NCBI RefSeq assembly: GCF_009914755.1 | Contig: NC_060932.1 | Strand: one strand, 5' to 3' | Length of the DNA: 64,000 nt | Origin: the human T2T-CHM13v2.0 reference genome, Homo sapiens | Shown here: positions 30,545 to 47,469 of the stretch, piece after piece | Layout of the letters: each line of letters opens with the position of its first letter | Position numbering within the stretch: position 1 is the first letter of the stretch | Program-made: the position numbers and the translations under genes | Notes under the pieces: generated by a model | What the model was told of the DNA's origin: nothing | What the model saw: only the letters and a program-made list of their open reading frames with translations | Databases searched by the model: none

Positions 30545-30776
30545 TTCCATATGGTAGCACCAGCCACATGTGTTACATAAATTTAAATGTTCATTATTTT
30601 AAATTAAATAAAATTGAAAATTCAGTTTCTAAGTCACATTAACCACACGTCAAGTGTTCACGACCCACATACATTGATGGTGGCCATAGCACTGGACAGC
30701 ACAGGTGGCTACAGTATTAGACACCACAGATAGAGAACATTTTCATCATCACAGAAATGTCTATTGGACAGTGCAG
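30545..30776. mobile_element. MER3-like hAT element
   Basis: atggtagcaccagccacatgtg ... catcacagaaatgtctattggacagtgc. Confidence 0.8.
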
Positions 30777-30934
30777 CTCTAGAAGCTGCAGATTTCCTCC
30801 CAGCTAGACTGTGAATTCCTTAATCTTCTCAAACACTGCAACTCTGAAACACGGTTGATTATTATTAGGCCCCAGCTAAAATGGGATTACACTAAATTTT
30901 ATTTGTAGCAGAGGACTTTGCATCCTAGGCCAAT

Positions 30935-33050
<2,116 letters not shown>

Positions 33051-34214
33051 AGATATTTCTATTTTTATTTTATCCTTCAAAAAAGTTAATAAAAGCATTT
33101 CACAGAAGGAAAAACTGAGGCATTAATCTGTATTTACTCACCAAAAATTTATTCAAATAATCATTGAGCATCTTTTCTTTTTTTTAATTATACTTTAAGT
33201 TTTAATAAAATTTAATACTTTAAGTTTCATGTCATGGAGGGTGTTTTAGGATACATGAAAGATCATAATCATTCTCCCCTCTGAGCCTACTGTTAACTCT
33301 CAGGTGGTGATAGTCCTGTGTTATCAGTTAGTAGTGGAAGCTGTATCTATGATACAGCTCAGTTAAGCAGAGGTTAGTAGAGGAAGAAGATGGACACAGC
33401 TACTCCAGAGCAAAGACTTAGGGTCGATGGCTTTACTTGTCAACAGACGGCATCTTTACTGCTTGGCATAGGCCACTTGATAGCTGGAATACACCCTATG
33501 GTAAGGTCCATTTAGCTTCTGCAGAGCTGAGGGGCTACTTTGCAGTGACTGTAGCTTTTCATGAGTTTCCAACTGTCAACACAATGATCCTGCACAATAA
33601 TGCAATGCTATTTGGAAACACAATACTTACATCCTTTTAATATCGGCTTTTAAGGTATCATTCGGGAAAGACAAGAGCAATATGGAATCATCTATCCCAT
33701 TACAAACACATGACTTCATTACTTTTGCTGTATGGTTCTCATATGAGCAGAAAATTTCTTGGTTTCTTAGAAGATTAAGGAAGGTCAAATGGGGTTTTCA
33801 TTGTCTATCAAAAGATAACTGTTGGTTTCTACAATAGGATCTTATATATAAGGTAATCCCTTACAAGAAAAGAAAAGTTCCAGAATAAATTGATCACTAT
33901 AGGCAGGTCACATTAAAGAACTCTATAAGGCCCATTTTCAAATATTGTGCAAGACAACAGGCTTACAGAGATGGAAAAGGATTGGTCTCTGACCTCAAGT
34001 ATTGAATGACAGCAGGTAACTATAATAAATTCTAAAATAAAGGTTTGCATAAAGCTCCACTGGAGCCTGGAGGAAGAAAATTTGTACTCAATCAGAAGAG
34101 GTCAGAGAAAGCCTTACAGAAAATTTGAAATTAGAGTCAGTTTTGAAAGGTTTAAAACCATAGATCAAAGTCAAGAAAAGAGCCATCTTGGAAAAAAATT
34201 GTTTTAATCCTCAA

Positions 34215-34460
34215 TGGAATGTTTTAGTGATCTATTGCACTGAATGTTGACCACAGTTAACAATAATGTATGGTATATTTCCAATTGCCACAATAGATTT
34301 TTAACATTCCCACCACAAAAAAAAATCACAAATTGGTGAGGTGATGGCTATATTAATTAGCTTGACTGAATCTTTCTGTAATGCACAATAGATCAAAACA
34401 TCCCATTGTGTCCCATAAACATACACAATTATTTGTTACTTAAAAATCAGTTTTAAAAAT
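34215..34460 (+). mobile_element. L1MA-type 3' end
   Basis: gatctattgcac ... gtgaggtgatggctatattaattagcttga. Confidence 0.8.
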
Positions 34461-34553
34461 TCCTCAGTGAGAAGTTTCACTGCAGAACTCTTCCTTCACA
34501 TACATATCTGTCAGCTTATTTATCATAAAACAGGACAGACAATTGACACTGTC

Positions 34554-35290
<737 letters not shown>

Positions 35291-35291
35291 C

Positions 35292-35363
35292 ATTTCCGTG
35301 TCATCAAGAGTGTCACACAGAGACTGTGAGAAATGATTGTGACACTCTTGATGGCATGGAAAT
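35292..35363 (+). other. 72-nt stem-loop (26-bp stem, 20-nt loop), pre-miRNA-sized
   Basis: atttccgtgtcatcaagagtgtcaca pairs with tgtgacactcttgatggcatggaaat; both non-Watson-Crick positions are G:U on the plus strand; expression unknown. Confidence 0.8.
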
Positions 35364-35608
35364 CACTACCAACCCAAGAAACAACGCACATCTTTATGCT
35401 CTTTGAGTCGCACCCATTCCTAGAGGTTCCACTTCACAGCAGAGTCTGAAAACACAGATTTCTATTGGCCCAGGGTTTCAGGAAGAATCCCCCAAGCAAA
35501 CAGCCCAGGGCCCTGAAAAGAGTTAGGAAATGTTTTCAGTAGTGACAGCATTTGACAGCTCAGATCCCCACATTAACTGTCACCAAGACAGAGACATAAA
35601 TATTCAAC

Positions 35609-35752
35609 TGGCCTGCCGCAGCAGCTCACACTTGAAATCTCAGCACTTTGGAAGGACGAGGTGGGAAGATTGCTTGAGCCTCGAAATTCAAGACCAGCCT
35701 GGGCAACAGAGTGAGACCCCTATCTCTACAAAAAATACAAAGAAAAAGAAAT
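35609..35752 (+). mobile_element. FLAM/Alu monomer in the inverted-repeat spacer
   Basis: Left-arm Alu consensus with A tail. Confidence 0.85.
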
Positions 35753-35877
35753 AATGTTCAACTAAATGCAAAGCAAACTAATCAACGTGTTAATAGAAGT
35801 GTGGCCTTTACTCCTTTTGACAAAAGGAAGAAAGGACTCTGCTGTCCAGATAATGTGGTCCCGTCTCCTTGTTGACC

Positions 35878-36924
<1,047 letters not shown>

Positions 36925-37240
36925 TCATTATTTATTTTTTTGTCCTCTTTGTTATTTCTGTAGTATATAAAAAATAAAATGCTAGCCAAGGGAATAAATG
37001 TTGATATATATCTGTCTGTAATTTATGCAGGTCGGTAGAGAGCATCAACATATATTGTGGAGCAGGAAAGCAAACGTCCAGAGAGAATGTCTATGATGGT
37101 ACCCAATGAGTCTAGGACCAGGATTCTTATGCTATGGTCACTCATATTTTTGAGTTTCATCAAATGAATGTCCTTCACATCACCAGCAAGCAGCTTCCAC
37201 CTTCTGGATCTTCAGAATGGTCTTAAAGATGAGGGATGGA

Positions 37241-37540
37241 GGCCAGGCATGCTGGCTTATGACTGTAATCCCAGCAGGAAGCTAGGAGCCCAAGGCAGGA
37301 AGATTGCTTGAGGCTAAGAGTTCAAGATCAGTTTGGGCAACACAGCAAAAACCTATCTCTACAAAAACTAAAAATAAAAATAAATCACCTGAGCATGGTG
37401 GTGCATGCTTATAGGCTGAGGTGGCTAAGGTGGAAGGATTGCTTAAGCCCAGGAAGTTGAGACCGCAGAGAGCCATGATAGCACCATTGCACTCTGAGCA
37501 ACAGGGCAAGACCCCAACTCTAAAAAAATAAATAAACAAA
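37241..37540 (+). mobile_element. AluJ-type SINE
   Basis: Diverged Alu dimer. Confidence 0.9.
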
Positions 37541-37621
37541 TAGAGATGGAAGGAAGAATTAATGGATAAAGTTTTGAGACTATCCCACTTATAAAAGAAT
37601 TATTTTTATTTCTTGAATATA

Positions 37622-37798
37622 AGAAAGACAGGGTCTTGCCATATTGCCCAGGCTGGTCTCGAATGCCTGGGCTCTATCAATCCAACCATGCCCAGTTAAT
37701 GTATTTATTTATATTTATTTTTTGTAGAGATAGGTTCTTGCTATGATGCCCAAGCTGATCTTGAACTCCTGGCCTCAGTTGAGCCACTGTGCCCAGCC
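37622..37798 (-). mobile_element. Internally deleted Alu/FLAM fragments
   Basis: Two truncated antisense monomers. Confidence 0.75.
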
Positions 37799-37949
37799 TT
37801 AGGAGAATTATTAAATGTATAAGTAAATGTGATTCAATGCTCATACCTCTCTAAACTTATTTCATAAACACATTCAGAATCATAAAATGATGGTTCACTT
37901 TTTTAACCCACATTTGTAAAATATAGTAAACATAGCTATAACTTAATTA

Positions 37950-38420
37950 CTATCTTAGCTTGGGTGTCCCTGAAAGCAGAGCTTGAGGCAAAGACTTACG
38001 TGTGATTGTTTTCCTGAGATACATGATTCCAAGGAGAGGATGTGAATGACAGTGTCAGCAAGTGAGCAAGGAGGAAGGGTCCCTAGAAATGGGCATTGGC
38101 AAGTTGGCCTCCACTGTGGGTAATTGGCTTCTCAGTCCTGAAGGACTATTTGACAAGCCATATGAAATATGTTTTAGAACTGTGAATAGAGGAAGAAACA
38201 TTTATTCACCAGTTTCCAAAACCCATTGATCAAAGGTCATGCCCCAAGTGTTAACACCCCCAGTGCCTTCCAGCTTATGCATATGTGAGCCCTGGTGGGT
38301 TTCCAGGCACCTGGCACCCAGACTGCAATGGCAGAGAAGCCCAGGGTGGGATGTTAGAGGGCATAGTAAGGGTCAGAGGCATCTGCAGGAAGGAACTGAT
38401 GATCCGCAGCATCTTGTCAT
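37950..38420 (-). mobile_element. Old ERVL-type LTR
   Basis: cttgggtgtccctgaaagcagagcttgaggcaaagactt terminus. Confidence 0.6.
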
Positions 38421-39033
38421 ATTCTGAGAACTTATTAAAAGCAAGCAAAAGAAACTGTACTTTTTTCTTGATCTGTCTGTAACCCTTTTAAAGCTGAAAA
38501 GGAAATAAAAGCTTTTTATTTCATGGCCTCCTGTGCAAAAAACATAGGTCAGATGAAAAATCAAATACTGAAGTTACCATTAGCATCTGAGAAGAGCTGG
38601 AAGCTAAATATCCCATTGTGTCTGATATAAGTATTACATGAAATTAATGAAGAATATCAATACAGGTATGACAAGAAGGCAGTGACTAAGAGTCTTCTAA
38701 TCTGAAAGAGACAGTAGGGAAGGACCACCCATCCCACTTCCAATCTAAACACTGTGTGGACTTAATATAGTGTTTAGTCTCTATCTTCCAGCTGAACACC
38801 AAGTTGAAGATGGCAGACAGTAGCTATTTAAATGGAAAATTAGTTCTCATACATCCAAACAATATCCAGGAACTCTGGCAGCCTGAGATTATCAGAACAT
38901 AATAAATCTTTTGCTATTATGATCAGAATTTGCAGCAAAGACATAGAATTCCAGTTACAGAGGTAGTTACAAGAATAAGCCAGGAGCTGTGAATAGGGCT
39001 TACGGAATTTTTTAATAAATGAGTGAAAGCTAG

Positions 39034-39350
<317 letters not shown>

Positions 39351-41139
39351 TGAAAGACATTTTTAAATACAGCATTAAAATACATAATACAAAATTAAGG
39401 TAGTGAAAATAAATAGTTTTAATGTACAGAGAGATTTATCACAATATTTCTAAAGGGCTATATCCCTTTAAATCTAAATTTTATATTAATCATTTATAAT
39501 TACTCATTAAACTTTTATAGGGGAAAAAATAAGTGACTAGATTTTATGGGAATGTAGCTCTGTTTCACATTAGGGGATTGTCTTAGATAACATTTCACCA
39601 AGTTATTAAAAGGACTTCTGTGAGCAGAGAATTGCATGGTAAGATATGCTAGAGAAACTCTGGGTTATACAAGGTAAACCAGTCTCTCTTCTGCAGGAAT
39701 TTCACTTTGCGGGACGTGGAGATTGCTGATGGGGTCTAAGAGTGCCCTGCTTCTGCCAAGCTTGTTTAAATAGCACTATTCCAAGGACATTCCATGGAAC
39801 ATAAGTGCACTAAATGCCAATGTGAGAAGCTGATCAAAGCCCTAATTTTTGAACTGTGTCTGCCCGTGAAGTCCTGGAGTTCCATGGCTGTGCCTCAAGG
39901 CTACTCAAGAAAGGGAGGGAGGAGACGAAAGTGGGGAGTCCCTGAGCCAACAGAGCCCTGAGCCTTTCATTCCTGTGGTTAGCCAGAGTCCTTTTACATC
40001 TATATTTATATACTTATTTAACATCTTTATATTTATATATTCATTTTATATCTATATTTATATGCTGGGTTTCCAGGTAAGATTTTGGTTATGTAAAAAC
40101 TCAGGTCTTTTTAAAAAAAAAAAAAAGTGCAAACACCTCATCTAGAATCAGTGCATCCACACAGACATAAGTCTAAGGCAGCAGTTCTATGAAGACAGTT
40201 GTGGAACCAGGCTCACCCCTAATATCAGCATTGCCTTGGCCAAGAGTACAAATGGAGGCCCACATAGATTATACATCCAATGTATGAGTTATATATCAAG
40301 CTAGCATCACTAGTTAAAACATTGCTACTTCCACAAATATACCCAAATTCAGAATCCTTAGACTTCCAGAAATCTACTGAAAAATGGTCTCTTCCCACCT
40401 CCAGTTCCTACCACAAGCAGTCCAGTGTACAACCAAGAACGTAAGTTAAAGCTTCACCCGTGGTCCTTGAAACAGTAATGATTTGACCATCACTTGGCTC
40501 AAGTGGGCACACACAGTCAGCATACTTCACTCTAGAGAGGAAAGACCTCAGAAAGAGGGCCACAAGCCTTGGAAGTTTAATTGTGACCATTTGGGCAGAG
40601 AATTCTGAGGTCTCATGTATCAGGAATGTGTTCCAGAAGGAAGATATATGGGGTCCAGATGGTTTTATTCTCTTATCCCAAGGACTTCTTGCTTAATGGG
40701 GAGGGAAAGGAACAAAGAAGGATGAGAGTGGAGCTCTCTAAAGCATAGGGCTCAAAGCAAGAGGTCTTCTTGCCAGGATTTAGGGCAGTACTAGCGGGAA
40801 TCCCAATTGCAAGACGTCAGGCAGAAAAGGAAAGATGAAGTTGTCCCATGGGGCCAGCTTGCAGAAACCCAATCATGACAGCGATTGCAAACACTGTGGG
40901 GCCAGTCTCGGTGCACCTGAGCTTTCTTTTTTCTGATGAGAAAACCCAAAGCGTTTTATTTAGCTTTCTGAGCTAATCTTATAAGAAAATAAAATTCCAG
41001 CCTCAATTGTTGAAATTGTTACTTAGGAGAAAACTAAATAGAGAAATTTGAGATTAAATTCATAAACAGGGATGTTAGTAACAAACCACTTTGTAGGAGT
41101 TAGTGAGAGACGATGAGTCATAAAGACAAATTTCAAGCA

Positions 41140-42250
41140 AACATTTACCCATTAAACAAGTGTCATTAGCATCCATATTATAGGTACTAGGGATATGCCA
41201 GTGAATAATTCAAAGTTCTTGCCCTTGAGGAACTTAATTATTTTAGGATCAGCACATATATGTGTGCTCACACACCACACCCACTTCACGCACACACTTG
41301 AATAGTGATAAATTCTACGATAAAATGTAAACAGAGGTGGGAGTGGTGAGTGAAGAACTCTCTGAAGCTGTGATACTTAAGCAGAGACATGAAAGAAATG
41401 AGCTTTGTACACCTCTAGGGGAAGAGCATTCCAGGCAGAAGTAACAGTAAGTGCAAAGTCCCTGGGGTAAGAATAAGCTTAGAATGATCAAAGAATAATG
41501 CAGGAAAGTATAGCTAGGTCAGGGTGTGTAAAGGGGAGACAGGTAGAAAATATGAGAGTGGAAAGGTTGGCATTGCCAGATTGTGCAATGTACCATGTGG
41601 ATCTAGAATTCAAGACAAAGGTCTGGACTCCAGCTGAATATTCAGGAGTGACTAGCAAGAGGTGACAGTTAAAGCTCAAAGAAAAAAAAATTCACCCAAG
41701 AGTAAACAGAATAAAACTAATCAAATTTGAGAGGAGTCCTGGAAAGCATTGATAGTGAACATGGCAAGAGGAATCAACGATGAAGCCTGGAAATAAGTGA
41801 TCCTTTCTGGAGGAATGAAGTGTACAGGAGGGTTAAATATTAAAGAGAAGTTAGTTCAACTTAAAACCACCAGAGGTCCATTGGCTTTGATGAGCAGGAA
41901 GTCACTGGGGGCCCCTGCCAAGGCAACTGCTATGCACTGGTGAGAGTAGAAGTCAAAACTCTACTTGAGTTTTGAAGTCAAAACCCTTGAGAAATGTGTT
42001 AGAAATGAGTGAGGAGATTCTGCAAATTTGGATTGGTTTTTTAAGAATCTTGGCTGTGTAGGAGGGAGAATGGATAGGGCAGCAATTTCAGGATGAATTG
42101 GGGAAAATACTGGAGTTAAGTTGGAAAAAACTGATGTATGCTTGTTGGCTACATCAATAAGCACACACCAGTTTTTTCCATCTTAACTCCAGAAAGGAGC
42201 TGAGAAAGAAAGAGACGTTTAAGGTGCATGGGAGAGGATGTTGCTGAAGC
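41140..42250 (-). mobile_element. L2 fragments
   Basis: aagttcttgcccttgaggaactta; ggggaagagcattccaggcagaag. Confidence 0.75.
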
Positions 42251-43204
42251 AGCCTTCTCCATTCCACACATTGCCTTCCTGTGGGAAGACTTCAATTAAC
42301 ATTGCTTACTCTATCTTATTTGATTGGCAAATTTAGGAAGAAAATGGCAATCTTGGCTCAAGTCTTCCCTTTGCCCTATCAGAAGTGAACCTGCCCACAG
42401 AAGGCACAAATTTGCCTCTGCTCCTCCATGATGTAATTTTGACCTGTAAAGGCTACCATACAGCACTGCTGAGAACTGACCAGTCCTGGGGTTCAGATCT
42501 CAGGTCCATTTGACAGAGACACCAAGCCACATCCTCCAACTCAGCTCTATCCATAATATTGCTGTGGCCTCTGTCTTTATTCTTTGATTCACTTCCTGAA
42601 TTGTGCAGCACTGAGGTGGAAAAGACAGAAGGCTGCTTACTGGTCCTCAGTGGACTCAACATTGTGAATAATTGATTAATTAAGATATGAAGGAAAGGAA
42701 AGGAAATTTTACAAAGAAGGAGCAAACAGAAGAAATGACTTCCCATCCTCTCAAACCAAAAAGTAGGAGAGAAGCATGTGCATGGGAGACAGGAGTTGAA
42801 AGTGTTCACAGCTGATATTGTCTACTTTCTCTATGCAGCTGGAAACAAAGCTATTTGCTGAGAGTGAGAATGTTAAAGATTTGAAGCCTTGAAGAGGTTG
42901 AAACACTACTTGAGAGAATGAGAGAGAGGGGATAAAGGATAAGTAAATGTGAGGAAAGTCCCCTCATTGCAATATGTTCACAACTAAATTGCACTTGCCC
43001 CAAAAACAAAGCCAAGGGAAAAAAATGTAGAAAATGTAGGTAGAAATGGCTACATAATCAGCTTACAATTTCAACTACAATTGACAATCAGTATTCCTCC
43101 CAGGGTAGACTCTTGGGGAAAGAGCAAGGGCCTAGAAACCTGGATTTATATCCCAGAACTGCCAGTAATGAATACATTGGGTGAGCTGATGAAGAAGATA
43201 ATTG

Positions 43205-43745
43205 CATGTGGTTGGAAGCTGCTGGCAGGGCCCTCATGACCCCTCCCTCCTGGTGTCCACTCCTTTGTGTAACTCCCTCCTCTTGTATGTGAGCTTGACC
43301 TAATGACTCACTTCTAAAGAACTGAGTCCAGCAAGAGTAATGGGATGTCACTTCTGGTATTAGGTTACAAAAAACTGACTTCTGTCTTTATCCACGCTCT
43401 CACTCTCTCCATGTTTGCTCTGATGAGGCAAGTTGAAGAGGTACACATGGTGGGGAACTGAGGGTGACCTCCACCTGACTACCAGCAAGGAACTGAAGCC
43501 CTCAATGCAACACCCATCCAGGAACTGCCCTGGGTCCATAAATACATGAGTGAGATTGAAAGAAGATCCTTCCCTGTTGAGTTTTCAGATCAGAATGCAG
43601 CCCTGGTCAGCACTTCTGTTGCCTTCTTATGAGGGATCCCAAAGCTGTGCCTGGATTCTGACCCACAGAAACTGTGAGCAAATAAATGTGTATTATTTGA
43701 AGCTGCTAAGTTTGGGGGCAATTTGTAATGCACAATAAATAATTC
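43205..43745 (+). mobile_element. MLT1E/F-like MaLR LTR
   Basis: gaggtacacatggtggggaactgaggg ... aataaatgtgtattatttgaagctgctaagtttggg. Confidence 0.8.
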
Positions 43746-43827
43746 ATGATGTGAAACTGTCTGTCATGCTGGTAGGAGCTGACTGGTGTTTCCGTGGCAG
43801 CTGAGAGATGGATCATTTAATGGGATA

Positions 43828-44197
43828 TTGTATTAGTTCATTCTCACACTGCTATAAATAACTGCCCAAGACTGGGTAATTTATAAAGAAAAGAGATTTA
43901 ATTGACTCACAGTTCTGCATGGCTGGGGAAACCTCAGGAAACTTATAATCGTGGCAGGAGGGAAAGCAGGCACATCTAACATGGTGACAGGCGAGAGGGA
44001 GCATGTGAAGGAGGAACCGTCAAACACTTATAAAACCATTATACCTCGTGAGAACTCACTATCATGAAAACAGCATGGGGGAGACGGCTTCCATGATCCA
44101 ATCACCTCCCACAAGGTCCCTCCCTCAACATCTGGGGATTATGGGAATTACAATTCGAGACAAGATTTGGGTGGGGACAAAGAGCCAAACCATATCA
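43828..44197 (-). mobile_element. THE1D-like MaLR LTR
   Basis: tgtattagttcattctcacactgctata ... gccaaaccatatca. Confidence 0.92.
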
Positions 44198-44259
44198 CAT
44201 ATCTTTCTGTCCTTCTCCCGATTCTGTCCAAAGAGAAGATGAAGGAAGAGGGATAGAGA

Positions 44260-44480
44260 TAACTGCAATTTATATTTATCAAGTGCCTACTGTGTGCCAG
44301 CACTTTAATAAGTACATAATTTAAATTATCTCATTTATTCTTCACCAGAACTGTAAGATAAGAACTTCCATTCTCCTTTTACAAAAGAAGTTACAGTCTC
44401 ATACAGTTGCTATGAGGATTAAATAACAAAATATGTGTAAAGCACCTGACACAGTACTTGGCAAATTATAGTTGCTAAAT
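44260..44480. mobile_element. Two adjacent MIR fragments in opposite orientation
   Basis: atttatcaagtgcctactgtgtgccag (antisense) then gttgctatgaggattaaataaca (sense). Confidence 0.7.
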
Positions 44481-44569
44481 AAATCTTCCTCAGCTTCCCT
44501 TCCTTGTCCTTACAGAGAAACAGCCTGGTTGAAAAACAGAGAAATTAGAGGCTTGCATACTACCTCTAC

Positions 44570-45060
44570 GATTATTGCAGTACTAGAAGAGAGAGTTGTA
44601 AGAATAAATGATGAGTCAAGATTCAAAATTAATCCTGACACTCAAGAGTTCTGGGCCAAAATTACTAAAATGAAATGAAACAGGGTTAATGTGAAGATTT
44701 ACATTTAGGTTTGAAAAATTAATCAAGTAAGCTTAGGAGAAACTTGACTAGACAGTAACTTATATAAAACAGAGCTAGGGTCAACCACCCAGCTTAAAAT
44801 GAGCCAAAAAGTGATAACTGGTTCCTAGAAAAATAATTATCTTGTTCTTGGTCTTCATTGATTCAAAAATAGTATGTCAATAGTGATGCAAGAAGAGAAG
44901 TATCCCTATGCACTCTGCACTGGTCAAAGCACAGCTGGAAAGTCAAAACTAGATGTGGGCTCCATGTTTTATAAGGAAACTGACAAACTAGACTTTGTCC
45001 AGAGTCACCAGGTTGCTGAGGCATCTGGACTATGTCACCAAGGCATGATTGAAGGAATAG
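44570..45060 (+). mobile_element. L3/CR1 fragment
   Basis: ctctgcactggtcaaagcacagctggaa ... actgacaaactagactttgtccagag, CR1 ORF2-like. Confidence 0.7.
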
Positions 45061-45179
45061 CAATATCCCTAACCAAACACTGATCCAGCCCATTTGGACT
45101 GCTCACTCTACCACCAATGTCCATTCCACTAACTGAACTCACAGTGTGCCCTGCAGCCTGCCCACCAAATGAGGCAGTT

Positions 45180-45350
45180 CAATGGGCTCTGAGAATCAAA
45201 GGACCTTGGTGCTAGCATCAGCTCCCACTAACCAGGATGCAACCCTGAACACACTTATGAACCTCTCTGGGCCTCAGTTCCTTGATATATAAAATGATGA
45301 GGTTGGACTTAGATCTCTGTAGAGTCCTTGGGCTGAAAACTGAAACAATT
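45180..45350 (+). mobile_element. MIR3/MIRc fragment
   Basis: aacctctctgggcctcagttccttgatatataaaatga. Confidence 0.75.
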
Positions 45351-45525
45351 CTGTGTTCAGAAATGGTCCAGTCTCACTCTCACAGATGAGATTGACAGCG
45401 CTGGTCACACTCTTGACCTCCTGGTCCTCATTACAACACAGCCTGAAACTTCTACATTGCCTAGATCAGTGGGGTTTCCATGCAGCATCATTTTTGTCAG
45501 ACTATTAGTAAAGAGTAGGTCTTGA

Positions 45526-45832
45526 GGCCAGGTGTGGTGGTTCACACCTGTAATCCCAGCACTCTGGAAGGCCAAGGTGGGAAGATCACTTGAGCCCAAG
45601 AGTTCAAGACCAGCCTGGGCATCATGGGGAAACTCCATCTCTAAAAAAAAAAAAAAAAAATTAGCCCAACATGGTGGCTCATGCCTGTCATCCCAGGTAC
45701 TCAGGAGGCTGAGGTGAGAGAATCAGTTGAGCCCAGAAGACAAAGACTGCAATGAGCAGATATCACACCACTGTACTCCAACCTGGGTGACAGAGCCAGA
45801 GCTAAACCCTGCCTCAAAGAAAAAAAAAAAAA
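45526..45832 (+). mobile_element. AluJ-type SINE
   Basis: Alu dimer. Confidence 0.92.
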
Positions 45833-46544
45833 TGGGTCTTGGAATCAAAGTTTGGGAATGCTTTCTACTCCATTCTGCTCTTAGAGATTCACAATGCATA
45901 TTAGCACCTTAGCATGTGAAGGACCCTGAAATGTCCAACAACCCAGAAACCAGTATAACTCTGTTCAGATTAACATTTTTAAACTTATCATAATCCCTTG
46001 TGCTAAATATCAGTCAACAGTCACACTTTGTGAAGCAATGACTTGGATTAATGATAATCAGTTACTTTATACCCTACCAAGCCTTCCTTTCTTCTCTATG
46101 AGCCCTAACGCACCATCAGCAAAGAATCACAGCCATCAGACAGCCATAGGCTTGGGTTATGCATGCTTGTAAAGAAAGTGAGCCTTTTAGAATCATCCCA
46201 TCACCACCGACAATCCTGGAGAGCCAGGGGCATCCACCTGCTTAGAATTGCAACCACATGCACACATTACTAGTCAGGTTTCAGGATTCAGCACTACCTG
46301 ACGTACACATTATCCTCAGGATCTAGGTCTCTAAAAATCAGTCCTTTAAGAAACTGTATCAAGAGAGAAGAAACAGGAGATTATTTTTAAAATCTCTTTC
46401 TAAAAGTAATTCCTTACATTTCTAAATATTTTTATACCAGTCAAAAGCCTCAGTTATCAATGTGTGTGGGAGTATTGAAAGCCAGAAACAAGAATGATAG
46501 ATACAACTAAAATAAGGTATGAAAAAAGGATTTTTTAAATCAGA

Positions 46545-46711
46545 AATTCATATTAGCACTGCTCTGTTGTTCATTTTAGCATGAAATTAATTGTAAGGGC
46601 AAACTCCAGGATATCCTACAGCAATAATCTACACTGTCCTCATAACCTTTAAAATGACTTAATGAAGGCAAAGTTAAGTCTTGAAAGGTTTCATTACCAT
46701 TAAAGGAGTGG
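46545..46711 (+). repeat. Dispersed duplicated element, copy 2 (paralog at 27967-28135)
   Basis: Colinear alignment with copy 1. Confidence 0.85.
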
Positions 46712-46895
46712 CCCATTTACTGTTCTCTTTCATAATGTTAATGTGATTTTCCTAGCACATAAAATTTAATTACTGGGAGACACAATATATTACCTGAGGA
46801 CCCACCTTGCATGGAAAATTGATAGTACATCCATGTCTTTATTCCTGTTGCCCACTCTGCATCCATCCAAATCATGTTTATCTTTAAGTCCAACT

Positions 46896-47182
46896 CTTTC
46901 TTTGCGACAGGGTCTTATCCTGTTGCCCATGCTGGAGCGCAGAGACTCAAGCACGGCTCACTGCAACCTTGACCTCCTGGGCTCAAGCAATCCTCCCACC
47001 TCATACTCCCAAGTAGCTGAGACTACAGGCACATGCCACCGCGCCCTAATTTTTGTATTTTTTATACAGACAGGATTTCGCCACGTTGCCCCAGGCTGCT
47101 CTTGAACTCCTGGGCTCAAGCAATTCTCCTCCCTCAGCCTCCAAAAGTGCTGAGATTACAGATGCGAGCCATCATGACCAGC
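46896..47182 (-). mobile_element. AluJ-type SINE
   Basis: Antisense Alu dimer. Confidence 0.92.
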
Positions 47183-47469
47183 TTTAAGTTCAACTCTAAC
47201 TCTCTTTCTTGCTTGAAATATTCTTCCTCGGCCTTTCAAAGTTGGAACTCCATATGCTACAGACTAACTAGACCTGTATGAATGAGAGGCCATAGGAGGC
47301 CAGTCTCAATGAAGAAGTGTGTGTTACAGACTGTAGGGAAAGTTTGGATAGGTGGGTAAAAAGGAGGAAAAATCAAAGGAGGCCTAAAAAACAACCAAGT
47401 AATTGAGCTTGGTGTAAATAAAACAGTAGTTCCCTTTTACCAAATACTAGTCATTGATTTAGCCATAAT

